Below are positions 18,042-28,114 of a DNA stretch of 64,000 bases, piece by piece; positions within the stretch are counted from its first letter, which is position 1, and each line of letters begins with the position of its first letter. The notes beneath the pieces were generated by a model. That model had not been told where the DNA came from, made no database searches, and saw nothing but the letters and a program-made list of their open reading frames with translations. Made by a program: the position numbers and the translations under genes. The DNA lies in assembly GCA_029256845.1 (NCBI GenBank), contig JARIEI010000195.1:70-64069 (forward strand). The letters are read 5' to 3'. Origin of the DNA: Ruminococcus sp. Lineage in GTDB: Bacteria; Bacillota; Clostridia; Lachnospirales; Lachnospiraceae.

Positions 18042-19655
18042 ATGAAACTGACATTTATAGGAGCTGCCCATGAGGTGACAGGAAGTTGTCATCTTCTTCA
18101 AACGGACGGAAAGAATATTTTAATTGACTGTGGAATGGAACAAGGACCAGATCTTTATCAAAACCCAGGTCTTCCAATTTCAGAGTCGGATGTAGATTAC
18201 GTGCTCCTAACGCATGCACACATTGATCATTCTGGTTTGCTTCCGCTTCTTACCAAAAAAGGGTTCAAAGGCAGTATTTTTACTACATATGCTACAGCGG
18301 ATCTTTGCAATATCATGCTTCGTGATAGTGCACATATTCAAGAATTTGAAGCAGAGTGGAGAAATCGAAAGGGAAGACGTGCAGGACAGCCAGAATTTGA
18401 ACCACTGTATGTAATGCAAGATGCATTGGATGCCATTGAACATTTCGTACCTTGCCAGTATAACGAGCGAATTAAAGTATGTGACGGGTTAGAGATTCGC
18501 TTTACAGATGTGGGACACCTTTTAGGATCAGCAAGTATAGAAGTTTGGGCAACAGAAGGAGATGAGGAAAAAAAGATCGTCTTTTCAGGAGACGTAGGAA
18601 ATCTTGATCAGCCAATCATTAAAGATCCAACTTATACAAGTACAGCCGATTATGTTGTGGTAGAATCTACCTATGGCAACAGAGTACATTCAGCAGAAAA
18701 ACCAGATTATTTATCTGATTTTTCGAAGATTTTAAAAGAAACCTTTGACAAACAAGGAAATGTAGTGATTCCTTCTTTTGCAGTGGGTAGGACGCAAGAA
18801 CTCCTTTACTTTATCCGAGAAATCAAAGAAAAAAAACTGATTCCGGAATATCAAAATTTTGAAGTATATTTGGATAGTCCATTGGCGATCGAGGCTACAA
18901 AAGTTTTTTCGAAAAACGTCAGAGAATGTTTTGATGAAGAGGCTATGAAATTAGTTAATGAAGGAATTAATCCACTTGTTTTTGACGGACTTAAAATTTC
19001 TACCACGAGTGATGATTCTAAAATGATTAATTTTAATGAAAAGCCAAAAGTTATTATCTCAGCATCTGGAATGTGTGATGCAGGACGAATTCGACACCAT
19101 TTGAAACACAATTTGTGGAGAGAGGAATGTACAATTTTATTTGTTGGATATCAGGCCAATGGAACGTTAGGAAGACGATTAATAGAAGGAGAGAAAAACG
19201 TTAAACTATTTGGAGAACCAATAGAGGTAAAAGCTAGGATTGAGAGTCTTCACGGAGTGAGCGGTCATGCAGACAAGAATGGGCTATTAAAATGGTTGCA
19301 AGGATTCCAATTACCGGTTTCCAAAGTATTTGTTGTTCATGGAGAAGATGAAGTTACAGAGGAGTTTGCACAGACAGTAGAAGAGACATTTGGATATTCT
19401 GCATTCGCCCCTTACCCAAACGCACAGTACGATCTCATAAAAGGAGAGATTATAAGCGAAGGAATTAAGATTCCTGTGAAAGCGAAAAAACCATTTAAGA
19501 AGAAAGAGGATACTGCGTTTGATCGCCTTCTCATGGCTGGACATCGTTTGCTTGATGTTATTTCAAGAAACGAAGGACTTTCGAATAAAGATAAAGCAAA
19601 ATTTGAAAGCCAGATTCAAAATCTTGTTGATAAATGGGACACATGGAATGAATAA
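18042..19655 (+). CDS. MBL-fold beta-CASP metallo-hydrolase (RNA-metabolising nuclease family)
   Basis: HAHIDHSG metallo-beta-lactamase motif and beta-CASP-type middle region. C-terminal GVSGHAD and VHGE motifs. The start could also be TTG 18030 or GTG 18033. Confidence 0.85.
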   Translation: MKLTFIGAAHEVTGSCHLLQTDGKNILIDCGMEQGPDLYQNPGLPISESDVDYVLLTHAHIDHSGLLPLLTKKGFKGSIFTTYATADLCNIMLRDSAHIQEFEAEWRNRKGRRAGQPEFEPLYVMQDALDAIEHFVPCQYNERIKVCDGLEIRFTDVGHLLGSASIEVWATEGDEEKKIVFSGDVGNLDQPIIKDPTYTSTADYVVVESTYGNRVHSAEKPDYLSDFSKILKETFDKQGNVVIPSFAVGRTQELLYFIREIKEKKLIPEYQNFEVYLDSPLAIEATKVFSKNVRECFDEEAMKLVNEGINPLVFDGLKISTTSDDSKMINFNEKPKVIISASGMCDAGRIRHHLKHNLWREECTILFVGYQANGTLGRRLIEGEKNVKLFGEPIEVKARIESLHGVSGHADKNGLLKWLQGFQLPVSKVFVVHGEDEVTEEFAQTVEETFGYSAFAPYPNAQYDLIKGEIISEGIKIPVKAKKPFKKKEDTAFDRLLMAGHRLLDVISRNEGLSNKDKAKFESQIQNLVDKWDTWNE

Positions 19656-19767
19656 ACAAGATTGTCAAGGGCTAAAAGTTTAAAAATTTTTATGATATAA
19701 GAATATCTGATTGTAATATTGAGAACCATTCTAATAAAATAAATGATTATCCGGGAGGGTTCTTGAT

Positions 19768-20547
19768 ATGGTACAGAATAAAGTTGAACTATGTGGCGTA
19801 GATACAGCAAAGCTTCCACTCTTGAAAGAAGAAGAGAAGGAAGCTTTGTTTGTGCGAATCAGGCAAGGAGACGAAGAAGCAAGACAGGAGTATATTAAAG
19901 GAAATTTAAGACTCGTCTTAAGTGTGATCAAACGATTTTCATCTAGTAGCGAAAACGCCGATGATTTATTTCAGATTGGATGTGTAGGACTTATGAAGGC
20001 GGTCGATCATTTTGATCCAGATCGACTTGTAAAGTTTTCTACGTACGCAGTTCCCATGATTATCGGAGAAATTAGAAGATATTTAAGAGATAACAATTCT
20101 ATAAGAGTGAGTCGTTCTTTACGTGACACGGCGTACAAAGCAATATATGCAAAAGAAAACTATGTAAAGCAAAATTTAAAAGAGCCTACCGTGCAGGAAA
20201 TTGCAGAAGAAATAGGGATTGCAAAGGAAGAAATTGTTTACGCCTTAGATGCAATTCAAAGTCCAGTAAGCCTACATGAACCGATTTATAATGAGGGAGG
20301 CGATACGCTTTATATTATGGATCAAGTAAGCGATAAGAAAAACAAGGAGGAAAATTGGGTGGAAGAACTTTCTTTAGAAGCGGCAATGTCACACTTAAGT
20401 GAAAGAGAACGATATATCATTAGCTTGCGATTTTTTGAAGGGAAAACACAGATGGAGGTGGCAGAAAAAATACAAATTTCCCAGGCACAAGTAAGTAGAT
20501 TAGAAAAAAATGCATTGAAAGTGATGAAACAGTATCTTATGGGTTGA
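19768..20547 (+). CDS. sigG: Sporulation sigma factor SigG
   Basis: N-terminus NKVELCGVDTAKLPLLKEEE is characteristic of SigG. Sigma-70 regions 2-4 are present. Located downstream of sigE. Confidence 0.93.
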   Translation: MVQNKVELCGVDTAKLPLLKEEEKEALFVRIRQGDEEARQEYIKGNLRLVLSVIKRFSSSSENADDLFQIGCVGLMKAVDHFDPDRLVKFSTYAVPMIIGEIRRYLRDNNSIRVSRSLRDTAYKAIYAKENYVKQNLKEPTVQEIAEEIGIAKEEIVYALDAIQSPVSLHEPIYNEGGDTLYIMDQVSDKKNKEENWVEELSLEAAMSHLSERERYIISLRFFEGKTQMEVAEKIQISQAQVSRLEKNALKVMKQYLMG

Positions 20548-20625
20548 AATTTTTAAAAGTTCATACTATTATAGTCGTAGGCGAAAGAGAAAAGCTGATA
20601 TACAGACTACAGGGAGGAAGGATGC

Positions 20626-21300
20626 ATGTACAAGGCTTGCATATTTGATTTGGACGGAACACTAGTAGACACGCTGGATTCCTTATTATATTCTGTAAAT
20701 AAGACGATGGAAGCAATGCAGCTTCGTCAAATTACAAAAGAACAATGCAAGAGATTTGTAGGGAATGGATCAAAATATTTACTAGAGCGTACGCTAGAGG
20801 TAAGTGGTGACCCGAATAAAGAGAGACTTGCAGAGGCGCTTCAAAAGTATGAACACATTTTTCAGACAGGATGTACCTATCAAGTAGTGCCTTATCCGGG
20901 AATTCTAGAGATGGTCCAGACATTACAAGGGGCAGGTATGAGACTTGCAGTGTTGTCCAACAAGCCAGATCTTCAGGCTAAACATGTGGTAGAAACAATT
21001 TTTCCAGAAAGAAGCTTTGATTGTGTACATGGACAAAAGGAAGGGATTCCTCGCAAACCAGATCCAACAGCGGCGTGTATGATAGCGCAGACATTTCAGA
21101 TGTCTCCAGAAGAGATTTTATATATTGGAGATTCAGAAGTAGATGTTGCGACGGGAAAAGCTGCTCACATGCCGACAATCGCTGTATCTTGGGGATTTCG
21201 AGACAAAGAATGCCTAGAAGCAGCAGGGGCTGTCTGTATTTTAGATGAGCCGCAGGAGGTTATAAAGTTAGCCTGCAAGGAACAAGATGATGAGGTGTGA
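20626..21300 (+). CDS. HAD-superfamily hydrolase (phosphoglycolate phosphatase-like)
   Basis: CIFDLDGTLVDT motif I, LSNK motif II and GDSEVDV motif IV. Confidence 0.85.
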   Translation: MYKACIFDLDGTLVDTLDSLLYSVNKTMEAMQLRQITKEQCKRFVGNGSKYLLERTLEVSGDPNKERLAEALQKYEHIFQTGCTYQVVPYPGILEMVQTLQGAGMRLAVLSNKPDLQAKHVVETIFPERSFDCVHGQKEGIPRKPDPTAACMIAQTFQMSPEEILYIGDSEVDVATGKAAHMPTIAVSWGFRDKECLEAAGAVCILDEPQEVIKLACKEQDDEV

Positions 21301-21301
21301 A

Positions 21302-21568
21302 ATGATGAATGAATACAATGAAGAATGTTTACTTACATTTTTAAAAGAGCAATCCAGATTATTTGATGAGCCAGTTGCGGAGACGATTGAAGAGGCAGAG
21401 GCATTTTTAGAGGACTGCATGGCAGTAGTTGTTAATTCTATAAAAGAGGTAAGAGAATACTTTGAGGAAAGTGGAGTTGATGTTGACACCATGTCTGAAG
21501 AAGAATTGGAAGATGCATCCGAAGTATTTGCGCTCCCAAGTGGACAATACCTAATTGTGGAAGGATAA
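21302..21568 (+). CDS. Small acidic hypothetical protein
   Basis: The ATG at 21302 lies right after the HAD stop, preceded by GAGGTG. The protein is E/D-rich with no TM helix. No family recognised. Confidence 0.45.
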   Translation: MMNEYNEECLLTFLKEQSRLFDEPVAETIEEAEAFLEDCMAVVVNSIKEVREYFEESGVDVDTMSEEELEDASEVFALPSGQYLIVEG

Positions 21569-21584
21569 TACACATAACAAATAC

Positions 21585-21616
21585 GCCGCAGCAATTATTT
21601 TACTGCGGCTTTTTTT
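21585..21616. terminator. Terminator between convergent genes
   Basis: gccgcag / ctgcggc stem followed by T7 on the + strand. It overlaps the 3' end of the minus-strand ORF. Confidence 0.65.
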
Positions 21617-22029
21617 ATGGCTTGATTTATTGTATCAAGTATGACTTTGGAAGTGTAGGGGGTATCTTCTGAAAGAGAAATATCTTCAAGAGATTGTTTT
21701 TCATAGATTTGTTCAGCAATATCTTCGATCGCAGGCTGAATTAGAGGAAACATAGTTGTTACACTTTCATTTAAATTTGTGAAGCGGATAGAATTAATAC
21801 GAGATTCATCAACCGCAACCTCCACCTCTAAGTCTGTATTGTTTAACGTGACTGAGGCGGTATATACACCGGGAACATAATTCTTTTTTGTGTTCGTGGA
21901 GGAGGATTTTTTACCTGGCAAAAACATGATCACAGCAAGGATGATCAGCAGCAAGGTAAGAAGTGTAAAAATTGCAGTATAGATGAGTTCTTTCATGTGA
22001 AGAACAATAATTTTTGTTTTAGCATTCAT
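21595..22029 (-). CDS. Membrane-anchored hypothetical protein (possible FMN-binding-like extracytoplasmic domain)
   Basis: On the minus strand, AGGAG lies 8 nt before the ATG at 22029 (MNAKTKII). One TM helix (IFTLLTLLLIILAVIMFL), then a ~95-aa soluble domain. The family assignment is tentative. Confidence 0.5.
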   Translation of the reverse strand: MNAKTKIIVLHMKELIYTAIFTLLTLLLIILAVIMFLPGKKSSSTNTKKNYVPGVYTASVTLNNTDLEVEVAVDESRINSIRFTNLNESVTTMFPLIQPAIEDIAEQIYEKQSLEDISLSEDTPYTSKVILDTINQAIKKAAVK

Positions 22030-22105
22030 AGCAGATTCTCCTATCACATTTTTTATAATTGTATGCGATCATTGGATAAAATATGCTTGTATAGGAGGGA
22101 AAAAG

Positions 22106-22684
22106 ATGTATATTATAACGGGACTTGGAAATCCAGACAGACAGTATGAAGGGACAAGACATAATGCGGGATTTGATGTCATTGATAGAATTGCAGAGAA
22201 ATATAATATAGCAGTAGATACAAAAAAACATCGTGCATTGATAGGAAAAGGAATAATAGAAGGCCAGAAAGTTATTTTGGCCAAACCGCAAACTTATATG
22301 AATCTTAGCGGGGAAAGCATCAAAAGTTTAATGGACTATTACAAAATTGAGCCGGAAAGTGAGCTAATAGTGATTTATGATGATATTAGTTTGGGTGTAG
22401 GGCAACTTAGAATCCGCGCCAAGGGAAGCGCAGGAGGACATAATGGAATTAAGAATATCATTGCACATCTAGGTAGAGAGGTGTTTCCACGAATAAAAGT
22501 AGGAGTTGGAGAAAAACCTTCGAAGATGGATTTGGCGGACTATGTGCTTGGACACTTCTCGAAAGAAGAAAAAAAAGAAATGGAAGCTGGCTATGATAAG
22601 GCAATAAACGCGGTAGAGATGATGGTACAAGGAGATATTCAAAAAGCGATGAATGAATACAATCGTAAAAAGAAAGAAGAGTAG
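22106..22684 (+). CDS. pth: Peptidyl-tRNA hydrolase
   Basis: GLGNPDRQYEGTRHNAGF, YMNLSGES and GGHNGIKNI motifs. Confidence 0.95.
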   Translation: MYIITGLGNPDRQYEGTRHNAGFDVIDRIAEKYNIAVDTKKHRALIGKGIIEGQKVILAKPQTYMNLSGESIKSLMDYYKIEPESELIVIYDDISLGVGQLRIRAKGSAGGHNGIKNIIAHLGREVFPRIKVGVGEKPSKMDLADYVLGHFSKEEKKEMEAGYDKAINAVEMMVQGDIQKAMNEYNRKKKEE

Positions 22685-22689
22685 AGATT

Positions 22690-25600
22690 ATGCAAGCATT
22701 TTTTGCACCACTGCTAGAACTGGCAGACTATCAGGAAATCTATAAAAGCAGACAGAAGAAAAAAGGAATCCTTCAAATTTCAGGATGTGTAAATTCGCAA
22801 AAAACACACCTATCGTATGCATTAGGAGAAAATATAAAGTACAAGGTGCTTGTATATTCAAGTGTAGAAAAAGCGAAAAGTGCTTACGAAGAGTATAAAT
22901 TTTTAGAAGAGGAGTCCTATTTTTATCCAGCAAAAGATCTTTTGTTTTATCACGCAGATTTAAAAGGAAAATATTTGGAAAAACAAAGGATGGAAGTAAT
23001 AAAGAGCATATTAGAAGCAAAGAAATCAATGACCATTCTTACAACCATTGACGCATTTATGGATGGGATGTCTAGTCGAGATAAAATCGAAGAACAGAAA
23101 ATATCTATTACATCTGCAAGTGTTTTGGATTTTCAAAAGCTCCAAACGCAATTATCGTTCCTTGGATATGAAAGAGAAATCGAAGTAGACAGCCCAGGTC
23201 AGTATGCGGTCAGAGGAGGGATATTAGACGTATATCCCTTAACGCAAGAGTATCCGATTCGAATTGAATTGTGGGGAGATGAAGTAGATTCCATTCGAAC
23301 ATTTGACGTCCAAAGTCAGCGTTCTATAGAAAACTTAGAGACACTTACGATTTACCCGACTTCCGAAATTTCAAAAGATGGGGAAGGCGTTTCTTTTTTA
23401 GATTTTTTTCATGTTGAAGATACAATTCTATTTTTAGATGAACCAGAGCGTTTGGTGGAACGTTTAAAAGAAGTAGAAGAAGAGTTTTTAATTAGTAAGA
23501 AAAACAGAGAGGAAACCGCTCTTTTTGAAGAGCAGAAAGAAATGAGTGTATTTTCTGCTAAAGAGCTTATTCATAAAATTAATCAATATTTTGGAATTGG
23601 ATTTACTACGTTGGAAAGCAAATGTGGCAGTTTTAATATGCGCGAATCTTATGCTTTACAAACCAAAGGAGTGAATCCATATAATAATAGTTTTGAAATG
23701 CTCACGAGAGATTTGAAACGACTAAAGCGAAGTGGTTACCGGGTTATTCTTCTTTCTGGATCAAGAACACGAGCTAGAAGACTTGCAGAAGATCTTAGAG
23801 ATTATGATCTCAATAGTTTTTATAGCGAAGATTTCAATAGAGAAGTTCAACCAACAGAAATCATGGTCTCTTACGGACATGTGGAAAATGGTTATGAATA
23901 TCCCCTTCTGAAATTTATGGTGATTTCGGAAACAGATATTTTTGGACGAAAAAAAAAGAAAAAACGTCATAAAACCTATGAAGGACAAAAAATTCAGAAT
24001 TTTACAGAACTAAAAATCGGAGATTATGTTGTTCACGAAAATCACGGACTTGGTGTTTATCAAGGAATTGAAAAAATCGAGGTTGATAAAGTTACCAAAG
24101 ACTATATGAAGATTTCATATGCAGGAGGAAGTTCTTTATATATCCTTGCAACACAATTAGATCTGATTCAAAAATATGCAGGGGCCGACGCAAAAAAACC
24201 GAAATTAAATACGCTGGGTACTACGCAATGGTCAAAGACGAAAAGTCAAGTGCGTGGTGCAGTTAGAGAAATCGCGAAAGATCTTGTAGAATTATATGCC
24301 ACAAGGCAGCAGTCCGAAGGATATGAATATGGACCAGATACAGTTTGGCAAACAGAATTTGAAGAAATGTTTCCGTTTGAAGAAACAGAGGATCAGATGC
24401 AAGCAATTTCTGATACGAAACGGGATATGGAAAGTAAGAAAATTATGGATCGTCTCGTATGTGGAGATGTAGGGTATGGAAAAACGGAGATTGCAATTAG
24501 GGCAGCATTTAAAGCGGTGCAAGAAAGCAAACAAGTGGTTTATTTAGTTCCTACCACTATTTTAGCACAGCAGCATTACAATACCTTTGTGCAAAGAATG
24601 AAAGAGTTTCCGGTTAAGATTGACTTGTTGTGTCGTTTTCGTACGGCAACAGAACAAAAGAAAACAATCGAAGATCTTAAGAAAGGTCTTGTAGATATTG
24701 TAATTGGTACGCATAGGGTGTTGTCAAAAGATGTAGAATTTAAAGATTTGGGCCTACTCATCATTGACGAAGAACAACGTTTTGGAGTGGCACATAAAGA
24801 AAAAATCAAGAAGTTGAAAGAAAACGTAGATGTTCTTACTTTGACTGCAACACCAATCCCGAGAACACTTCATATGAGTTTGATTGGAATTCGAGATATG
24901 AGTGTCTTAGAAGAAGCGCCTATGGATCGCATGCCCATTCAGACCTATGTGATGGAATACAATGATGAAATGGTAAGAGAAGCCATTGAAAGAGAATTGT
25001 CAAGAGATGGACAGGTGTACTATGTTTATAATCAAGTTCAAGATATTGCAGACGTGGCAGGAAGAATACAACAACTCGTGCCAAACGCAGTGGTGGCATT
25101 TGCCCATGGGCAAATGAAAGAACGAGAATTGGAAGACATTATGTGTGACTTCATTAATGGGGACATTGATGTGTTAGTGTCTACCACAATTATTGAGACC
25201 GGACTTGATATTGCCAATGCAAATACCATGATCATTCATGATGCAGATAAACTTGGATTGTCCCAGTTGTATCAACTTCGCGGGCGAGTAGGTCGTTCCA
25301 ATCGAATGGCATATGCATTTTTACTTTACAGAAGAGATAAGTTGTTAAAGGAGATTGCAGAGAAACGATTGTCTGCAATTCGAGAATTTACAGATCTTGG
25401 CTCAGGATTTAAAATTGCAATGCGAGATTTGGAAATACGAGGAGCGGGAAGCTTATTGGGAGAACGGCAGCATGGCCATATGGAAGCAGTAGGGTATGAT
25501 TTGTATTGTAAGATGCTTAATGAGGCAGTAAAACAGTTAAAAGGAGAATTGGACGAAGATCTTTATACAACAACCATTGATCTAAACGTGGATGCATATA

Positions 25601-26031
25601 TTCCAGATGGCTACATTCCAAATGAATATCAGAAATTGGATATATATAAACGAATTGCGAGCATTGAAAATGAGGAAGAAATGGATGATATGATTGAAGA
25701 GTTGATTGATCGTTTCGGAGATATTCCAAAGAAAGTACAACAACTTCTTACAATTTCAGGATTGAAAGCACTTGCACATTCCGCATATGTGACAGCTGTA
25801 GAACAAAAAGGAGAGGATTTTAAATTTGTGATGTACGAGGAAGCAAAAGTGCATGCACAAAAAATACCAGGACTTTTAAAAGCACACAATGGAAATTTAG
25901 TGTTTAAAGCTGAAAATCCGCCTTATTTTTACTATCATAAAAAGAATCGAAATAGCAAAGAGAAACATCCAGATGTTCTTGAAACAGTGAAAAAGTTATT
26001 AATTGATATAAAAAGCTTGTTAGATTCGTAA
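22690..26031 (+). CDS. mfd: Transcription-repair coupling factor Mfd
   Basis: 1113 aa with a UvrB-homology N-terminus. Contains a CarD-like RNAP-interacting domain (GDYVVHENHGLGVY) and superfamily-2 helicase motifs (GDVGYGKTEIA, DEEQRFGV). Conserved pth-mfd linkage. Confidence 0.95.
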   Translation: MQAFFAPLLELADYQEIYKSRQKKKGILQISGCVNSQKTHLSYALGENIKYKVLVYSSVEKAKSAYEEYKFLEEESYFYPAKDLLFYHADLKGKYLEKQRMEVIKSILEAKKSMTILTTIDAFMDGMSSRDKIEEQKISITSASVLDFQKLQTQLSFLGYEREIEVDSPGQYAVRGGILDVYPLTQEYPIRIELWGDEVDSIRTFDVQSQRSIENLETLTIYPTSEISKDGEGVSFLDFFHVEDTILFLDEPERLVERLKEVEEEFLISKKNREETALFEEQKEMSVFSAKELIHKINQYFGIGFTTLESKCGSFNMRESYALQTKGVNPYNNSFEMLTRDLKRLKRSGYRVILLSGSRTRARRLAEDLRDYDLNSFYSEDFNREVQPTEIMVSYGHVENGYEYPLLKFMVISETDIFGRKKKKKRHKTYEGQKIQNFTELKIGDYVVHENHGLGVYQGIEKIEVDKVTKDYMKISYAGGSSLYILATQLDLIQKYAGADAKKPKLNTLGTTQWSKTKSQVRGAVREIAKDLVELYATRQQSEGYEYGPDTVWQTEFEEMFPFEETEDQMQAISDTKRDMESKKIMDRLVCGDVGYGKTEIAIRAAFKAVQESKQVVYLVPTTILAQQHYNTFVQRMKEFPVKIDLLCRFRTATEQKKTIEDLKKGLVDIVIGTHRVLSKDVEFKDLGLLIIDEEQRFGVAHKEKIKKLKENVDVLTLTATPIPRTLHMSLIGIRDMSVLEEAPMDRMPIQTYVMEYNDEMVREAIERELSRDGQVYYVYNQVQDIADVAGRIQQLVPNAVVAFAHGQMKERELEDIMCDFINGDIDVLVSTTIIETGLDIANANTMIIHDADKLGLSQLYQLRGRVGRSNRMAYAFLLYRRDKLLKEIAEKRLSAIREFTDLGSGFKIAMRDLEIRGAGSLLGERQHGHMEAVGYDLYCKMLNEAVKQLKGELDEDLYTTTIDLNVDAYIPDGYIPNEYQKLDIYKRIASIENEEEMDDMIEELIDRFGDIPKKVQQLLTISGLKALAHSAYVTAVEQKGEDFKFVMYEEAKVHAQKIPGLLKAHNGNLVFKAENPPYFYYHKKNRNSKEKHPDVLETVKKLLIDIKSLLDS

Positions 26032-26080
26032 AAAAAGGCTATACTTTAATTTGTTAAAAATGAATACTTAGGAGGCATTT

Positions 26081-27115
26081 ATGATCGATTTAAAAAAGAA
26101 ACTACTCGTTCTAGTTACAGCAAGTGCTCTTGCAGTTACTTCTTTGACAGGATGTGGTAATTCTGTAAATAATGAGGAAACAGTGTCCACCATTGGGAAA
26201 GAAAAGATTCCATTTGGCGTTGCAAATTTTTATGCAAGGATGCAGCAGGCACAGTATGAGACTTATTACGCAAGTATGATGGGAACTACCCCAGAGGAAA
26301 TGTGGAAGCAGCCAGTGGACAAAGATAAGACATATGAAGAAACGGTAAAAGAAGGGATTATGGATAATCTCGAAACAATCTATCTTGTTGATCAGCATGC
26401 AAAAGATTATAAAGTAGAACTAACCAAAGAAGAAGAAAAGGAAATCCAAAAAGCAGTGGATGATTTCGTGGCGTCAAATGAGGAAAATACAAGAAAGGCA
26501 ATTTCGGGTTCCAAAGAGTACGTGAAAGAACTTCTTGAAAAACTGACACTACAGAATAAAATAACAACTCAAATGTCAGCAGATGTTGATCAAAATGTAT
26601 CCGATGAAGAAGCTGCGCAAAAAGCAATGGATTATGTGTTTTTATCTTTTAAAAAGACAGCGGAAGATGGAAGCATGGTAGATATGGCTTCAGAAGAAAA
26701 GGATAAATTAAAAGAAAAGGCACAGAATATCAAGACGGCAATAACGAAAGGGCAATCCTTTGAAGAAGCTGCACAAGCACAAGAAGTCGAGACGAAAAAA
26801 GTAACATTTGATAAGCAAACAACAGCTGTTGATGCAGAATTCATCAAAGTTGCAGATACATTACAAGAAAATCAAGTTTCAGATGTAGTGGAAACGCAAG
26901 CAGGACTTTATCTTGGACAAATCACTAGTTTGTTAGATCGTGAAGCTACCGATGCAAAAAAAGAAACAATTATAAATGAAAGAAAAGCAGCAAAGTATCA
27001 GGAGTTAGTCGATGCTTGGAAAAAGGAAACAAAAATAGACAGAAATAAAAAAGTTTGGAAGAAGATTGATTTTTCTAAGACAGGTGTAACAATGAAACAA
27101 AAATCAGAACAATAA
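26081..27115 (+). CDS. PrsA/SurA-like foldase lipoprotein
   Basis: Signal peptide with lipobox LTGC. Lys/Glu-rich chaperone-like region. A degenerate parvulin-like segment lies near the C-terminus. The location downstream of mfd is typical of Firmicutes. Confidence 0.65.
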   Translation: MIDLKKKLLVLVTASALAVTSLTGCGNSVNNEETVSTIGKEKIPFGVANFYARMQQAQYETYYASMMGTTPEEMWKQPVDKDKTYEETVKEGIMDNLETIYLVDQHAKDYKVELTKEEEKEIQKAVDDFVASNEENTRKAISGSKEYVKELLEKLTLQNKITTQMSADVDQNVSDEEAAQKAMDYVFLSFKKTAEDGSMVDMASEEKDKLKEKAQNIKTAITKGQSFEEAAQAQEVETKKVTFDKQTTAVDAEFIKVADTLQENQVSDVVETQAGLYLGQITSLLDREATDAKKETIINERKAAKYQELVDAWKKETKIDRNKKVWKKIDFSKTGVTMKQKSEQ

Positions 27116-27120
27116 ACAAA

Positions 27121-27164
27121 AAAGACTGCTTAAGAAGTAAAAATACTTTTTGGCAGCCTTTTTT
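27121..27164 (+). terminator. Possible intrinsic terminator after the PrsA-like gene
   Basis: aaagactgc / gcagccttt stem with one mismatch and a structured loop, followed by T6. Confidence 0.45.
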
Positions 27165-27178
27165 AAAGGAGAGAGTAT

Positions 27179-28096
27179 ATGGGATACGATTATGGAAAAA
27201 TATGGATTGCAGGTGCACGAGGACGTGTAGGTACAATGATACACAATATGCTTGATATGCGTGATGTGGAACTTTTCGAAACAGGACATGACGATTTAGA
27301 CATTACAGATGCAGTTGCAGTGAATCGCTTTGGAAGTAGTAACCGTCCAAACACCATTATCAATTGCGCAGGCATGACAGATGTACGATTATGTGAAGAA
27401 AATAGAGAAGAAGCATATAAAGTAAATGCATTAGGTGCAAGAAATTTAAGTGCAATCGCAAGGAAAATTGATGCAAGAATTATCCAAATTTCAACAGATG
27501 ATATTTTTTGTGATAGCACAAAGACAAGCTTTCACGAATTTGATACACCAAATCCGAAAACAGTGTATGGAAAATCAAAACTTGCAGGAGAAAATTTTGT
27601 AAAAGAGTTGGCGCCAAAGCACCTGATTATCCGAAGTTCCTGGGTATATGGAAAAGAAGGAGATAACTTTGTAAACCATATCATAGAGTGTGCTAAAAGC
27701 GGACAACCAATAGAAGCTGCAATTGACGATTTTGCATGCCCGACAAGTGCAAAGGAACTATCCAAAGTTATTTTGAGACTGATTCAAGCAGAGCAAGAAG
27801 GAATATATCATGCAGTATGTGAAGGATATTGTAGTCGATACGAATTAGCTGAGGAAATTTTAAAGCTTCTTGGTAAAGAAGAGATTCCTCTAGTTCCTAA
27901 AATGAGAAGAGACATGCTACAGGGAAGGGAAAGTTTTGAACATATGAATCCATCAAATCCATCTGCGTTTGTTAAGATGACAGCGGAAGAATGTGGAAGT
28001 CGATATACAATTCTTGATAATATGATGCTTCGTATGTGTGGAATAGAGTGTCCAATTTCGTGGAAAGATGCGTTAAAAGAATATATTTGTCAATAG
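27179..28096 (+). CDS. RmlD-like NAD(P)-dependent sugar-nucleotide reductase (dTDP-4-dehydrorhamnose reductase family)
   Basis: IWIAGARGRVGTMI glycine-rich N-terminus, INCAGMTDV, and the SDR YxxxK box YGKSKLAGE. Isolated gene, ~25 kb from rmlA and rmlB. Confidence 0.72.
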   Translation: MGYDYGKIWIAGARGRVGTMIHNMLDMRDVELFETGHDDLDITDAVAVNRFGSSNRPNTIINCAGMTDVRLCEENREEAYKVNALGARNLSAIARKIDARIIQISTDDIFCDSTKTSFHEFDTPNPKTVYGKSKLAGENFVKELAPKHLIIRSSWVYGKEGDNFVNHIIECAKSGQPIEAAIDDFACPTSAKELSKVILRLIQAEQEGIYHAVCEGYCSRYELAEEILKLLGKEEIPLVPKMRRDMLQGRESFEHMNPSNPSAFVKMTAEECGSRYTILDNMMLRMCGIECPISWKDALKEYICQ

Positions 28097-28114
28097 TTAG
28101 AAAGAAGGAATTGA

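Noticed and set aside
19656-19767. Attempt to pin a forespore sigma-F/sigma-G-type promoter upstream of sigG
   Set aside because: GAATA, GTAATA and CATTCTA elements are present, but I could not find a pair with the spacing required by either consensus. I therefore call no promoter.
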